Origin: Chlorokybus atmophyticus
Taxonomy: Eukaryota; Plantae; Mesostigma and Chlorokybus algae
Assembly (NCBI GenBank): GCA_009103225.1
Contig: RHPI01003508.1
Coordinates: forward strand, 225,683-289,682
Direction: 5' to 3'
Length of the DNA: 64,000 bases
The notes under the pieces: model-generated
What the model was told of the DNA's origin: nothing
The model's input: the letters and a program-made list of their open reading frames with translations, nothing else
Databases searched by the model: none
Program-made: the position numbers and the translations under genes
Shown: positions 12,364-25,000 of the stretch, piece after piece
Layout of the letters: the number at the start of each line of letters is the position of its first letter
Position numbering within the stretch: the first letter of the stretch is position 1

Positions 12364-13925
12364 TTAACGGATCAAGTACTCAGCTATCAAGTCCCGTTTC
12401 AGTTTTGCACCACCAGCTGCCATGTTGGAGCCTAAGGGCACCCCGGTCTGTGCCTGCAAGTTCAGTAGGCGGATGCGCTTTGCTGCTCGCCGCCGTTCAC
12501 GCCGCGACACCACCACCTCGTGCCTCCTCTCATTGTGCAGTTGGACGACATTGTGCATTATGGCAGTAGCTGTAATGATGAGACATGCAAATCGAGTCTT
12601 CACCTGTGAATGCATGCGTCAGCTGCGCATGCACATGCACATGTATCACGTTCTTATTCATATTTGCAAGAGAAGTTGCTGCCAGCAATTATATGTTAAC
12701 TCACCTTGTAAAGCAGGACACGCCAGGTGTTCTTCCACAAGCCAATGGTTTGCTCGATAGCTATGCGTGTCGCCGACTGCATGTAGTTGTATACCTCTTG
12801 CTTAGGAGGTAAGTGGTTGCCGTCGTACGGAGTCATGATCTTGGTCGTCAAAGGGTAGGCAGCATCTCCAACCAAGTACCCCATTGAAGGACGTTCGTGA
12901 TCCAGCAAGTACTGGCTAACCGGTGCAAAGTTGAACACAGTAGAGTCGTGATTGCAACCAGCACAGCCGACGTGCAGATTCGTGATGTTGAATTTGTCAT
13001 TACAAATAACCAAGCAATTGGTGGAGTAAAACTTCTTATAATTGCGATAGCTCTCGTCTTTTTCTTGTATCTTCACATGGGTGCCATCCACCGATCCGAC
13101 GCAGCCCTTCATACCGTTAGTATGGGTTGTGTAGCCACGCATTTCAAAGCCAGACTGAATGGCCGCCACACCCCTTCGCCCAGCAGGACGTCCCAGTGCA
13201 GCAGGCCACACCGGCCCCTCTAGAAACCCAACAGGAGCAGCTTGATCAGCCATCCACACGCATATACAATTGCCTTAAACAACATGCATGAAAGCAGCAC
13301 ATCAACATTAATACCTAATAAAATGATCCATCACGAGCTGCACAATGGCGCCACATACGATGGGAACCTCCTGAGCAATGGTGGAGATGCCAAGATTGAA
13401 TAACTCACTAACTGCAGCGAAGTCAGCTCCAGTAGCTAGGTAATAAAGCACTGCAGCTACCCGGCGCTCAAGTGTGATGGCTTTGACCCAACGAGAATCC
13501 TCTACTTCTACATCAGCACGGATGGCCTCACACACAAGCTCATATACTGCGCGCTCCAACCTAAAGTGTTTTACAAACCTCTCCTCACTAAATTGAGGCA
13601 CCCAGTGATCCCACCAGAGCTTATGTCTAAGCAAGGACTGCACACGAAGACGCAAAGGATCAGCACCCACTGCCATCATGCACGTCTGACTGGATGATGA
13701 TAATTGCGTGAACAACATCAGCAACACCTGCACAACCACAACCAGAACACTACTAGCCATAGCGACAAGCATTCTATGCTGCTGCATAACTACATCATAT
13801 GTTGCATCGTCCAGCAACTCCTTCTTCTGACGCATTGTTAAGAGCATTGCATTATGCCGCTGCAACAGCATCTGGATCAGACGCATCTGTGCAAGTAGAG
13901 CACGCACACCTACACACAATGACAC
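12364..13925 (-). CDS. Harbinger DDE transposase (HARBI1/ALP1-like), spliced
   Basis: N-terminal HTH region (FVKHFRLERAVY…ITLERRVAAVLYYLATG…LFNLGIST) and catalytic residues in SVDGTH, HDSTVF, LVGDAAYP and RIAIEQTIGLWKNTWRVL. The AAG|GT…CAG|GTG junction is in frame. The first junction and the start codon are uncertain. Confidence 0.9.
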
Positions 13926-15616
13926 ACATCATCAACACACATAGATTGCTGGTTGTAGCTACAAAGCATACTGCTGTTTGATGTGTAATGTTCTGTATAC
14001 TTACCTTCTATGGATCCACTGTCGCTGCTCGAAGAGGCAGGAAGGCGATGGTGCTGCCATAGCCCCAACCAGCCTCAACCTACCCACCGCCGCACCAGAC
14101 AAGCCTGCTAGCGATGCCACTAGCTAAAGCACCAATGACCAACACATCACCAAGCCCCCACCGCCGCCGCCGTCGTCACCGTCATTGTCACCCTCCCCGC
14201 CTCCTCTGCCACTGCCCGCAGCCGCGAGACGGAGGCTGAAAATCTAGATTTACGGGGTTAGCCGCCATAACTGGCCCCTTACCTCGTATTACAGGGCTCA
14301 AAAGCCCTATAAAATTCGGCCTGAAGGCTGATGCCACATTGGCATCAACCGACGCCACGTAGGTGCCAACTGGATGGTTCAGACGGCGCAGAAAGCACAT
14401 GTCTGTGCCGATTGAACCTGAAGTTTTCGGTTAATTCGAGCCGCGGGGGGGCTTTTGGGTCAGGTGTACCGGGTCAGCCGGCTTCCCACGCCATGGCTGC
14501 ACGGGCTCTCAGTCAATACTGCCCGACGGAAGCTGCTCGGCCATCCGACCGTACGTGAGCCCCCATCACAAATCGGCGGCAGCAATCTCCCCAAATTTGC
14601 ATGCAGTGCCTTATGTGTGTTCAGACGGTGTGCATCGTAAAGCCCTAACCCTAGCCCTAATCCTTAGGTTAGGCCCTTATTGCTGCAACGAAAATTTGCA
14701 TCGTTAGGCCACCATTTGGTCACGCTTGAATTTAATCAAATACGATTGCAACGGTGACAACAACCGTTGCTCAAAAAAGCAGCGAATTGGCCAATCATTG
14801 CAGAGATGCATAAAAAATGCTGAAAACTATCTCCGCGGCAATTGCTTGCCAACGGTGACCCAAAATGGGTAGCGATTTTGTGCAATTGCAGCACAATAGT
14901 GGTTAAAACGGCCGCGCTTTCGGCGGTACGAGGTCGGGGCAGGCCTCATACCCCAAAGACATGCAGCCACTACTGACCCTCGTTCTAACTAATCCACTCT
15001 ACCATGTAACACTAATTGATTACATTCTATGGTTACTGCGTCATCAAACATGGTCAACAGCCGAACAATGACTCTCATCCATGGCTTGTGTCACTCAAGG
15101 GCGTCAATTGTCGACACGGTATTTGTAGCCCCACATGTGCGTCCACATCCTTACAGCAAGCGAGCAGTAATCACTACAGCACGGGCAGATCTCAGATAAG
15201 CTGACAGTTACAATTAGTGCGCTTTCACTGTGCACTCACTGTGCTGGCAGCAGCAGCAGCGGCGGCGGCGGCGGCGACGGCGTTAACGCTAATCAAGTCA
15301 AGACTAGATCAGGCCAGGGCTACGATAAGGCTACGACGCACTGGCAGGTGTGAATCATCAACGTCACTGCGCACTGCTAACAGCCTGCCTCACATGCTTG
15401 CTGCTCGCGTGCCTGCTTGCCTGCCTCGATTGTTGATTGCTGGCATGACTCACTGATTGCTTCAGTGTAGCTTATATCTGTGCTTATGTATGCCATGTGT
15501 TTTTTTGCAACAACATTCAACAAGCAAACTGTAACATGCAAACTACGCAAGCAAGTCAGCATTCTCATTGATGGTTGCGCATTGGTTTCTTGTTCTCTCT
15601 CCTGCGCAGTTCAGCT

Positions 15617-17762
15617 ATGAGGTCGCCTGGTAACGCTTGCAGCAGCATGCTGCCGCTGGCCTGCTCGTGCCTGCTGCTTTTCCTGCTGGCGGCGACGCTG
15701 CCAGGGGCATTGGCAGCCAGGCCGGTCTCCTTGTCGTCTTCCGGCGGACTGCATGGTATGGCCCCATGCTACATGAGCTGTTAGCATTGCATGATGTGAG
15801 TGAGTGCGTGGGAGAGCAAAACAGAGAGTTTGTGTGAATGCACACGCGCACGCGTGCATCACCATGCGCGAGCGTGCGTGCGTGCATGTGTGTGTGTGTG
15901 TGTGTGTGTGCGCGATGCTTACTTCAGAACGAAGACCATTGCATGTGCGTGTGGTGTGTGTAGGATAGAATGCTTGCTCATGCTTGCTTATGGTTGCGCA
16001 TGCCTGCTCATGCTTGCGGCTCTTGTGGTCGGAGCAGGAGACCAGTCAGTGCTGCAGTTGTTTGGGGATGATGACAAGAAGCACACCGTGTGCGAGACGG
16101 GAGACTGGCGCAAGTCATCTTTGAAGCTCATCAAGGAGGTGTGTTATATGCACCCTTTGTGTAGTCTTTTAACTTGGTACAAAAACAAGCTCGGCCATCA
16201 TGCCATGCGATCTGCTTCATCACCAGTATAAACCGTGTGCATGTGGCTTAAGGTGTTCACTGCCTTCTTGCTGCAGGGTCCGTTCATCGGCCTTTTTCGC
16301 GAACTGCACGAGCAGACCAAGTTTGAAGCTAGTGCTGTGACCATTGTGGATGAGAAGTACTATGTTGTCTTTGACAGGTGAACACACCCAGACATTCATA
16401 TTCACCCTCCACATCAAAGATTGCTGTGGCCACTAACACGTTGTTGTAACAGCATTCAAAGCATTGGATACATTGACCCAACGATGACAGCGTTGGCCGA
16501 AGACAACGTTCTCATTGGAGAGATTGGCGAGGAGTCGCAGTTTGAGGGGCTGGCATACAGGCCTGATACAGGCACCTTCTTTGCGCTTAAGGAGAGTCAT
16601 GAACACCAAGGTGTGTTTGTTGGTTGTGATGTGCTTTCATAAAGGATATACACCTATTAACGCCATTAACAACAGGCAAGTTGAAGCCTCAAGCCATTGA
16701 GATCAAGATATCGGATGACAAGTCCAAGTATGAGCTGCTGCGCAAGTGCGATGTAGAGTTTGAGCTCAGCAGCGCCAACAAGGGCTTTGAAGGCATCAGT
16801 TACCATGACAAGGGCGATGATGGTATGTACATGCGTGGATAAAAGTGTGCATGCGCGCATGTGCTGCAGTTTCTTCAAGTATGCAAGTGCAGTATGGGTA
16901 GTGCGCGCACATCATTTGCCACGCTCATCGGCTACACACATGCTTGCAGGTGCCTATCTGTGCGCATGCACGCGTGCACAGTGGTTTGCTCATTTAGCCG
17001 GATGACTGCCCACACAGGCAAGTTCCTGCTCGGACTGTGCGAAGGCAACTTTTGCGAAGGAGGCGCGAAAGGCCGAGAAGCTGGCAATGGGCGGGTTGTT
17101 GTGTCAAAGCTGGAGGAGTCCGACGGCAGTTGTCGGTAGGTGTATGCAAAGTCTCACTGCTCAAATCTCTATACCTCAAGGCGCATGGTGTATTCAATCA
17201 CGCTATCTGCAGGTTTGTGCCAGTGAAGACCATTGAGATTCCCGGCGCCGAGGGTCAAGCCAGATTCACGGACTATTCGGGTACAGCACTATATCTGCAA
17301 AGCAACACAGCAAACGCGACATGTCAGCGGCTTTGTTTTGTTGACCATCATTGAAAACATCTTAAATTGATGCATGCCAATGATACTGCGTTGCCTTCAG
17401 GTATGGCGTTCCGGGATGATCGAGTTGCAGTCATATCTCAAGTAAGAACCACCTCAAATTATCATCATGGATATAGCCATGACCGAGCTTATACATTTCT
17501 GCCTCTCTCGCAGGAGGATGCTGCTTTGTGGATCGGCAAGTTTAACTGGGATGACTTTAGCTTCGACACGAGCGACGCGGGCGGTCTGTACTACTTCCCA
17601 AAAGACCATGAGTGCAAGACCGTGTACTGCAATGTGGAGGGCATTGCTTGGATAGACGACCACCGCTTTGTAACCACCTCGGACTCCGCCAAGGCCGACC
17701 AGCCGTACACGTGCACCATCAAAGACCAGTCGCTGCACATCTTCGCACTGCCCATGCACTGA
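15617..17762 (+). CDS. Secreted Cys-containing beta-propeller-like protein of unknown function (~10 exons)
   Basis: Signal peptide (…CLLLFLLAATLPGALA-ARP). Exons join through GT-AG sites and carry repeated blade-like motifs KFEASAV, QFEGLAY, NKGFEGISY, FTDYSGMAF and YCNVEGIAWIDD…VTTSD…KDQSLHIFALP. TGA at 17760-17762. Confidence 0.75.
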
Positions 17763-18568
17763 GCAACGGGATGAGCCATCTGTGCTGTCCTGGTATCTCC
17801 TGCCTTCTGCATAGAACACTGCCGTGGATGCCGTTTGTGTAGACGGCAGAGCAGTGCTTATATGTGCAACGTTGCAATATGTACATAAACTAGCACATGC
17901 CTGGAGCGCTGTGCCGTGAATGCCATGTGCAGCAGTGTCTTGATCTTTTGCAAAGACTGGACCCAAAGGCATTACCACCAAATCTCGCCTCTGCCCTCTC
18001 AGATGAGCATGTATCACAAGGGAAAACACCATTGTCCACAATCAGAGGCTTGACTGTTATGCTTGCGATGATACTAAGGTCATGAAACACATACAAACGT
18101 TCAATAGCAATAGTGACGCCCAATAGCGTTTAACAACCGTACCATGGGACAATCACACAAATGCTGGCAAGCCGTCCTCTGTTCTGCGTGAAGAGAGAGT
18201 CAGCAGCTTCGCATCAGTAGAGGTTACAAAGCCGCTGTGGGGCAATGCACAGTTGTTTGTTGTGGAGTGTATGCGGGTGCTATGGCATGCGACTACCAGC
18301 CTGCCTACGTGCTCAGGCTTCACTGATTGTGCAGTAAACAGAGAGAGATGCACGGCTTATGCTGTTGTTGGGCAACTCTGCTACTCACATTGTAAGCACG
18401 CATGCAATTGCTGTACAGCATGCACAGTTGCACCGCCAAGTGACATGAGACTGCTCGAGGCTTGAAAACAGCACCTCAACCGCAAGTCAGCAAGTCACAA
18501 CACACGCACAACTTACATCTACGACTTCGGCAAGCACGCCATGTCACTACAGCAGCTGGGTCAAACCA

Positions 18569-18735
18569 TCAGCTGTTCAACGGTTTGTCCGTCCCTTCCA
18601 TGTCCTGTCCCTGTTTGCCCTCGCTAAAAGCGTCATTGCCACCCTCTTGTTGACCAGACTGTACTGCACGCACCTGCTCTGCCTGGTTCCAAATTGTCTT
18701 CAAAAAGGCAATTGGCCGATACCCATGCCTGCACA
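18569..18735 (-). pseudogene. RPN13: Orphan duplicate of the RPN13 last exon
   Basis: GYRPIAFLKTIWNQAEQVRAVQSGQQEGGNDAFSEGKQGQDMEGTDKP aligns with the intact last exon GYRLDAFLQAIQDQAEQARAGQSGQQESGNDASSEGRPGQDTEGADKP at 29250-29410. Confidence 0.85.
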
Positions 18736-19139
18736 AAAACCATCTTAATGGCGAACAGCAACTAATGCATGCATGCTCGCACATGCGCACGCATGTGTGT
18801 ACAGTCCTTATATGACGTGCTATTGTGCACACGCATGCAATATGCACATCACTCAAGCATTTCACTCACACTAGTATACATCACCGTTGTTACCACCGGG
18901 CTATGCCACTGCGCTACTCTACACCAACTAGCCTTCCTAGTTAGACATGCACATGCAAACTGTTGTCATTACCTGCCCACATGGGCTGCTGTGTCAGTGC
19001 AACCCTGCGCGCGTGCGTGTGTGTGACAAAGAGAGTGCAATGTTATGAACGCCCAAATTTCTCGTATTGTCAAGTAAGAGGCAGTGTCATTAGCCAATGA
19101 GACAAAGCAGCAACAGCTGTGTTGAAACATCATAACTGA

Positions 19140-20300
19140 AACACTATGATGCCGGCTTTGGCTGTGCTAAACAGACTTTTGCCATGACACGCAAGACCGC
19201 TGCCAAACTGGGAATGGCACTCAGCTCAACATGTTGTGTCAACCACTTGAGCATCCACTTCTTCACGGGAAGCGGTTGAGTCTTCAAGCATGCTTCCACT
19301 TGTGGGTGTTCCGGCATGTTCATAGGCTAGGTTGGTCTTTTCATAGCCTACTTCGCCTCTTGGGCTGCAAGAAAGTTGGCCTCAAGCTATGCTAAGCAAG
19401 CAGCTTTACGCTAGCATGAATGTCAAGCCCGCAGACTCTTGAGTCAAGCAAGCAAAGACCATTGTTGGAGAGTAATTTAGCATATAGGTAGCAGGTCACC
19501 ACCTAAAATCAAGACCACAATGGTTTACTCTCAACTGCTTTTAACGATACCCAACACTTGAAGATATTCACAAATTTGAACTTTGCGCTGCAATAAGCAA
19601 TATCGCTTGTTAAGTGCGCATGCGACTGGTCATGTTGAAAAGAATACAGCGCATATCTGGGTTGTTGAGAACAAACCCACCCATGCATATGACAATGGCC
19701 ACTATTTCATATGCTTGCGTGCACACTCATCATAGCAAGCACAACGGCAGGTTTGTCTTTGTCTCTGCGCTTACGTGACAGCTATTGCCAAATACACAAT
19801 CGCGCAGATTGTGTTAGCATAAGCATGTCTTGCACACCGTTCAGTCCAGTCAGCTTGTGAATTGGCTAAGGCATGAGCCTTAGGATTCTGCTACTAGTAT
19901 GAGCTGATATCGATCAGTCATGAGTTTGCAGCAGATATCGAGTCCACTACGCGGAGTATGACCAAGCAGGAGACTCTGGACTTGCTTATGAGGCTGGCGC
20001 AGCCTGACGCAGCCAACGCCTTGGGAGAACGGCGAGAACTCCGCGTATACTCAAACTTAGAAGGCGTGGCTTAGCTTGTTGGGAAGCTTTGGCTAGGGCC
20101 AGGGGTAAGCTAGACACTAAGCTTACATATTGGCAATCCGTTGAGTATAGCTCACGCGGTGCTTGCTAAAGTAGACATGTGTAGTCTGGCCGGTATAAAG
20201 GCCAACAAAAATAACAAGTTCTAGGTTCGAGCGAAACCCCTTTTGCAAGCCTTGTGTGCACGCCTCGTATTTATGTACTGGTGCATGTGCATGCTGTAGT
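19140..20300 (+). pseudogene. Decayed unidentified ORF(s), probably transposon-derived
   Basis: A frame of >150 codons (…AKYTIAQIVLA*ACLAHR…ELISISHEFAADIES…KQETLDLLMRLAQPDAANALGERRELRVYSNLEG…) is interrupted only by TAG/TAA/TGA stops that C-to-T changes would explain. Confidence 0.35.
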
Positions 20301-20943
20301 TGTGGCCAGCGCTAGCTCCGTGTTCAACAGAATTGACCGGTCTTGCAATAAAAGAATACTCATGGCACTTGCCTCCTGGTTGGTCTCTGTCACGATTTGG
20401 ACCCCTGCGCTGAACCTTGAGCATTAGCATGGTACTCGCTCAGTCACTCCGCAGCACAGCACAGCTAACAACTGAACTTCCTGCTGCAAAGCAACCAGGC
20501 GGAGCTGCTCCAACAACTCCTGGCCTCGGCCAATTGGTAGAGTTGCTGTTAATGAGGCAGACACGCCAGGCACATTGCTGCTCGCCCAATTCCACCGCAA
20601 AGCATGCTACGATCGCGGATGAAGCGCTGGCCGCTGATGATCCACCGTGGATCACCGTGACGGCACCGTGACGGCAATAGCCCCTCCTCACCAGCACGAA
20701 CGTCCCCGCCCACGTGCTGCACTGCTGTTAGGGGACATGGTAATCAGCACAGATTCGCGCACATCGAATCTGGTGCCCATACACATGCGTGCCACACGCA
20801 CATATCAATTCACAAGAACATGTAGCCTGATCAGTTGCGTAATTGATTGCTCAATGTGTTCTTGTGACTGCATCATGTCAACACCATTTGTTAAGCAAAA
20901 GAGAATAATAGTCATAGGCACGCAGCTTTCTCTCACTACCCGC

Positions 20944-21620
20944 CCACGGAGTGCTACCTCTATAGAGGTTATCCGCCCTTATTAAGGAATAAATAAGGGT
21001 CCCAACGGGTATATACAACCAATTGATCCGTATTAAGGCTGTTAACTTAATGTTAAGGTCTTAATGTGGTGTTACTTATCTGTAAGGCTGATATCGACAT
21101 GAGTCTCATGCCGATATCAGCTACGTAGCGGTGCTGCTAACGCAGCGGCCGCCATAGCCAGGGTGTAAGAAAGGGGGTGCTACCGCCCCCTTTGATCCCC
21201 TACCCCAACACCACCACCACAGCCACGTCGTCGCCGCCGCCGCCGCCGCCGCTGGCAGCTAGGGGATCGAAAAAGATCCCCTGGCTATGGCGGTCGCTGC
21301 TTTAACAGCGCGGCCATGCGGCTAATATTGACTTGAGACTCAAGTCTCAAGTCAATATCGGTGTTACATAACATAACACCTTATTAGGGCCTATAAAGGC
21401 CCTAATAAGGTGTTATGCTATATTCGACTTTAATGGCTGTGTTTATCCTGGACCCTTATTTCTTATTAAATAAGGGCGGGGAACCGCATAGCGGTAGCAC
21501 TCCGTTGCACACGGGAATTTCGACTCTGTCAATAACCCCAGGCGGCGGCGGTGTGGGCGACGTGGCTGGTGGCAATGTTGGGGTAGGGGATTAGAGGGGG
21601 CGGTAGCACCCCTCCTTACA
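20944..21620. repeat. Cluster of nested and interleaved inverted repeats
   Basis: Pairs: 20944-21002/21451-21507, 21164-21250/21541-21620 and 21142-21163/21278-21300. Hairpins: 21088-21120, 21325-21358 (16-bp perfect stem) and 21372-21417 (21-bp perfect stem). Confidence 0.85.
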
Positions 21621-22019
21621 TCGGTATCGGGGCAAGAACGGCACGCGCGCCTGCGAGAGGGTAGGCGACGTCGGCAAAGGGCAGGCGGCAGCGACTGCGG
21701 CAACGGCGGCGGCTACTAGCCACCTAGCTCCTAGCTAGGGTGGGTAGTGGTTGTTGTTGGTTGTTGTGTATTGTTGTATAGTTGTATAGCTGCTGCTTAA
21801 CCCTGCTAGCCTAGCCTAGCCTAGCCTAGCCTGCCTGGCCTAGTCTAGTTTGTTATTGTGAAGGGAAGCGGCCATCCAAGTCCCTCCCTGAAGCATTGCA
21901 TGTAAGCACATCACATAGTCAACACATATTGATTACAATCAACTGTGTGTGCTTACCACCACGTGGATTCGTGGTGGTGTAAGGGTTTTTTATCAATTGT
22001 TTTTGGATGAATCCCCTTA

Positions 22020-25000
22020 AAAGCAGTTCGGTGGCAACATCGATTGTCCCGTTACCGCCAGTTAGTGCGGTGAGGCCGCCAGAATTTTTTTGTATGGCTG
22101 ATATCAAACCTAAGACTCACAATTCGTCAATATTTGTCACAGCCCACTCGACCATAAGAGACTTAGTGCTTTCATAGTCGATTTGTGGTAATTCAATGTA
22201 CCTTCCCATCACATTTTCCCCCATTTAAGAACGCTGACGTCCTCGGCAGCTGGCTCCCATCAGCTGGGGAATCATCCCCAGGGGCCTGATTAGGGTCGGT
22301 CACCGGCCCTACCACCCAAGGAACGGCCAATTTTGGCCCATACCGGTAAACGCGCGCATGCGCACCGCTGCCGGCCCCACAGGTTGCATCGCGCCAGGCA
22401 GGTCGCGCCCTGCCGCGCCGACTGAACGCCGGCACGACTGCCATTAGGCAAGTCGCAACCCATTAATGATGGCACTTATGAAGTGACCATTGACGATGTT
22501 ACTGGATCGAGAAACAACCACCATGGAAGTCGTGTGCAAGGCAGGATTCGAACCGGGTCTCAAATTCCAATGACCAATGTCACAGCCCACTCAACCATAG
22601 AGACTTGGTGCTTTTATGGTCGATTTGTGTGATTTAATATACCTTCCCGTTACAATATTGGCTTGTGAGGACGATTTGACGAGATTTTGGCACTTCGTGT
22701 GTCAATTACAATTGGGAGTTGGGTCGGGTTGCACAAAGTAGACTTTGAGCAGCCATAGCTTGTGAACCGTCGCGTGCATTTGCCTGCGGCTTGTTCCAAA
22801 GTGATTGTCTAGTTGGGAGGTGTGTGGAGAGCTCTTTTTTGGGCTGTATACTCCGCGTCAACCCCTCGAAACTTGACGAGACAAAATTACTAGGATTTAG
22901 CAAGTTGCGACGGAATGGTCGGGCGGCTTCAGTTTATCTGCAGGAGTTTCAAGCATTGGTGGGTCGTCGCGCAAACAGTGGCCTCATGCCCATGAACAAG
23001 GCTGAGCGGTTTGAGTTGTACAAGCGCGGCTTGGATGCGCGTGTGCGCGATCAGCTGCAGTACAACACGTTAACGGGACTTCCTTGGGTTCCTGAGGACC
23101 TGGCCAAATGCAGAAGCTGAGTGTGTATCTGTACAATGATGACACAGCAGTGCAGGACAAGTCGCATGTGGCAGCTGCGGCCAAACCGTAGGGGGTGGGA
23201 GGAAAGCGTTACCCTCAACCGAGTGCGCACGCGGCAAAGAAGGCAAGACATTCACGCCTCCCACTGGTGGCACATCTGCTAGAAGTGCTACACCTGCTGC
23301 GGCTCGCACATGTTACGTCTGTCATTAGAAGGGTCACATTCCAAAGAACTGTTGTACAAAGGTGAAGGGCAAGGCTAAGAAGGTTGAATAGGATTACGCC
23401 GTGACTGGTGTAGGTTTGGTTGATAGCCAGTTGCTTGAGATGCATGTAGCAAATTGGTTTGATGATCTGTCCCAAGTGCATTCAATGACACATGCATGGC
23501 AAGCACATGACAAGTTGCCACCTTTTTATGTTGAAAAAGCGGAAGAGAACGCTTGTGTGCTGGTACATGTGGAATTCAACATGCTGTCCGATGTGTTGCA
23601 TGCATTGACTGAGTTGCAAATAAAGCATAACACTTTGAGTATGATGGTAATGGTGCCAAAGTATCATGGCCCATGGTTAAAGCATATTCGGGGGGGTACT
23701 GTGCTGAAAAAATTTAGCAATATTAGTTTCCCTCGCATTAGTCACGGACTCTTGGCTACATTTCAAGGACGGGTGGTACCCTCGTTGTGGACATTTAATG
23801 GCACAATGTAAGGTGTTATTACTTCGTTCTTGATTGACACTAATGCAACACACAACTTCGTTTAGGAACAACGGGTTGTGCGCAACAAGATAGCGTGAGA
23901 ACCCTTAGCATTTTCAGCTGCCGGTGCAGGGGGTGCGTTGCCAGTAAAAGGGGAATAAAAATGAAGGTGAAGAATGGTTATTATCAAGCCACTCTTCCTT
24001 TTATAGTGGTATCCATCAACATATCAGGTGTTGATGTGGTATTATATGACAGGAATGGTTGGAAAATGTCAAAATGACATTAGATACTGGCGCACGCCTG
24101 TGCATAGTAAAGAAAGGTCGTAAGCGTGTAACATTGTCTGTGAAAGTGTCACATAACTTGAAGCACAAGCAGCCCGACCTTGCGCTACTCACTGCACTGC
24201 AAGTGAAACGTGCGTTGCGCAAAAACACATCGGCTTTTCTGGTACACTTGACGTCGTCGGACGGCTTTGTGCCAAGTACTACAGAAGGTGTTGTAGACAT
24301 CATTAACAAGTATCAAGATGTGTTCTCAGATGAGTTGCCAGTCTTACCTCCTGATTGAGGTATCGGACAGATAATACCACTCATTACTGATAGTGAGCCT
24401 CCGCTTCGGCCTACATATAGGTTGAGCCCCCGAGAGAGGGGGGAAGTGGAAACTCAGATCAAGGAGTTACTGGAAAAAGGATTGATTGAAGCGAGTTCTT
24501 CACCCTTTGGCGCGCCCATCTTTTTGTTATGAAAAAGAATGGATAGCTGCATGTGTGTGTAGATTACCGTGCGTTAAACAAGATCAAAGTAAAGAGAATC
24601 GATACCCGTTACCCCGGATTGATGATGTATTTGATAAATTGTTGGGAAATGCGTACTTCAGGACTGAATTTTGTAAGTGGGTATTATCAAATCCAGATTC
24701 ATCGTTCTGGTGTTTACAAGACAGCATTAAGAACACCTTCAGGCCATCATTAGTACAAAGTGTCACCATTGGGATTGAGTAATGCGCCCACAGTGTTTCA
24801 GAAGGAAATAAATAAGATCTTTGGTGGCATACTTGGCAAGTATGTTATGGTATACTTGAATGACATCATTATATTTAGTAGAACCAAAGAAGAGCATAAG
24901 CAGCACTTGGAAGCGGTGTTTGCCTTACTGCGTACATACTGCTTGTTTGCCAATCTTGCAAAGTGTGACTTTCGCAAAGCGGAGTTGCCATTCTTGGGGC

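Larger units (their letters stand above)
9288..14512. mobile_element. PIF/Harbinger DNA transposon, apparently full length (~5.2 kb)
   Basis: Perfect 21-bp inverted repeats ctgagagcccgtgcagccatg (9288-9308) and catggctgcacgggctctcag (14492-14512), with subterminal cagccga/gctgaac motifs. They enclose convergent Myb/SANT-like and DDE transposase genes. No matching 3-bp TSD was found. Confidence 0.88.

Noticed and set aside
2417-24358. Alternative genetic code (TAG = Gln), suggested by frequent in-frame TAGs
   Set aside because: The TAGs are confined to TEs and pseudogenes, one replaces a conserved Trp, host exons use CAG/CAA, and several host genes end in TAG. Deamination explains the pattern.
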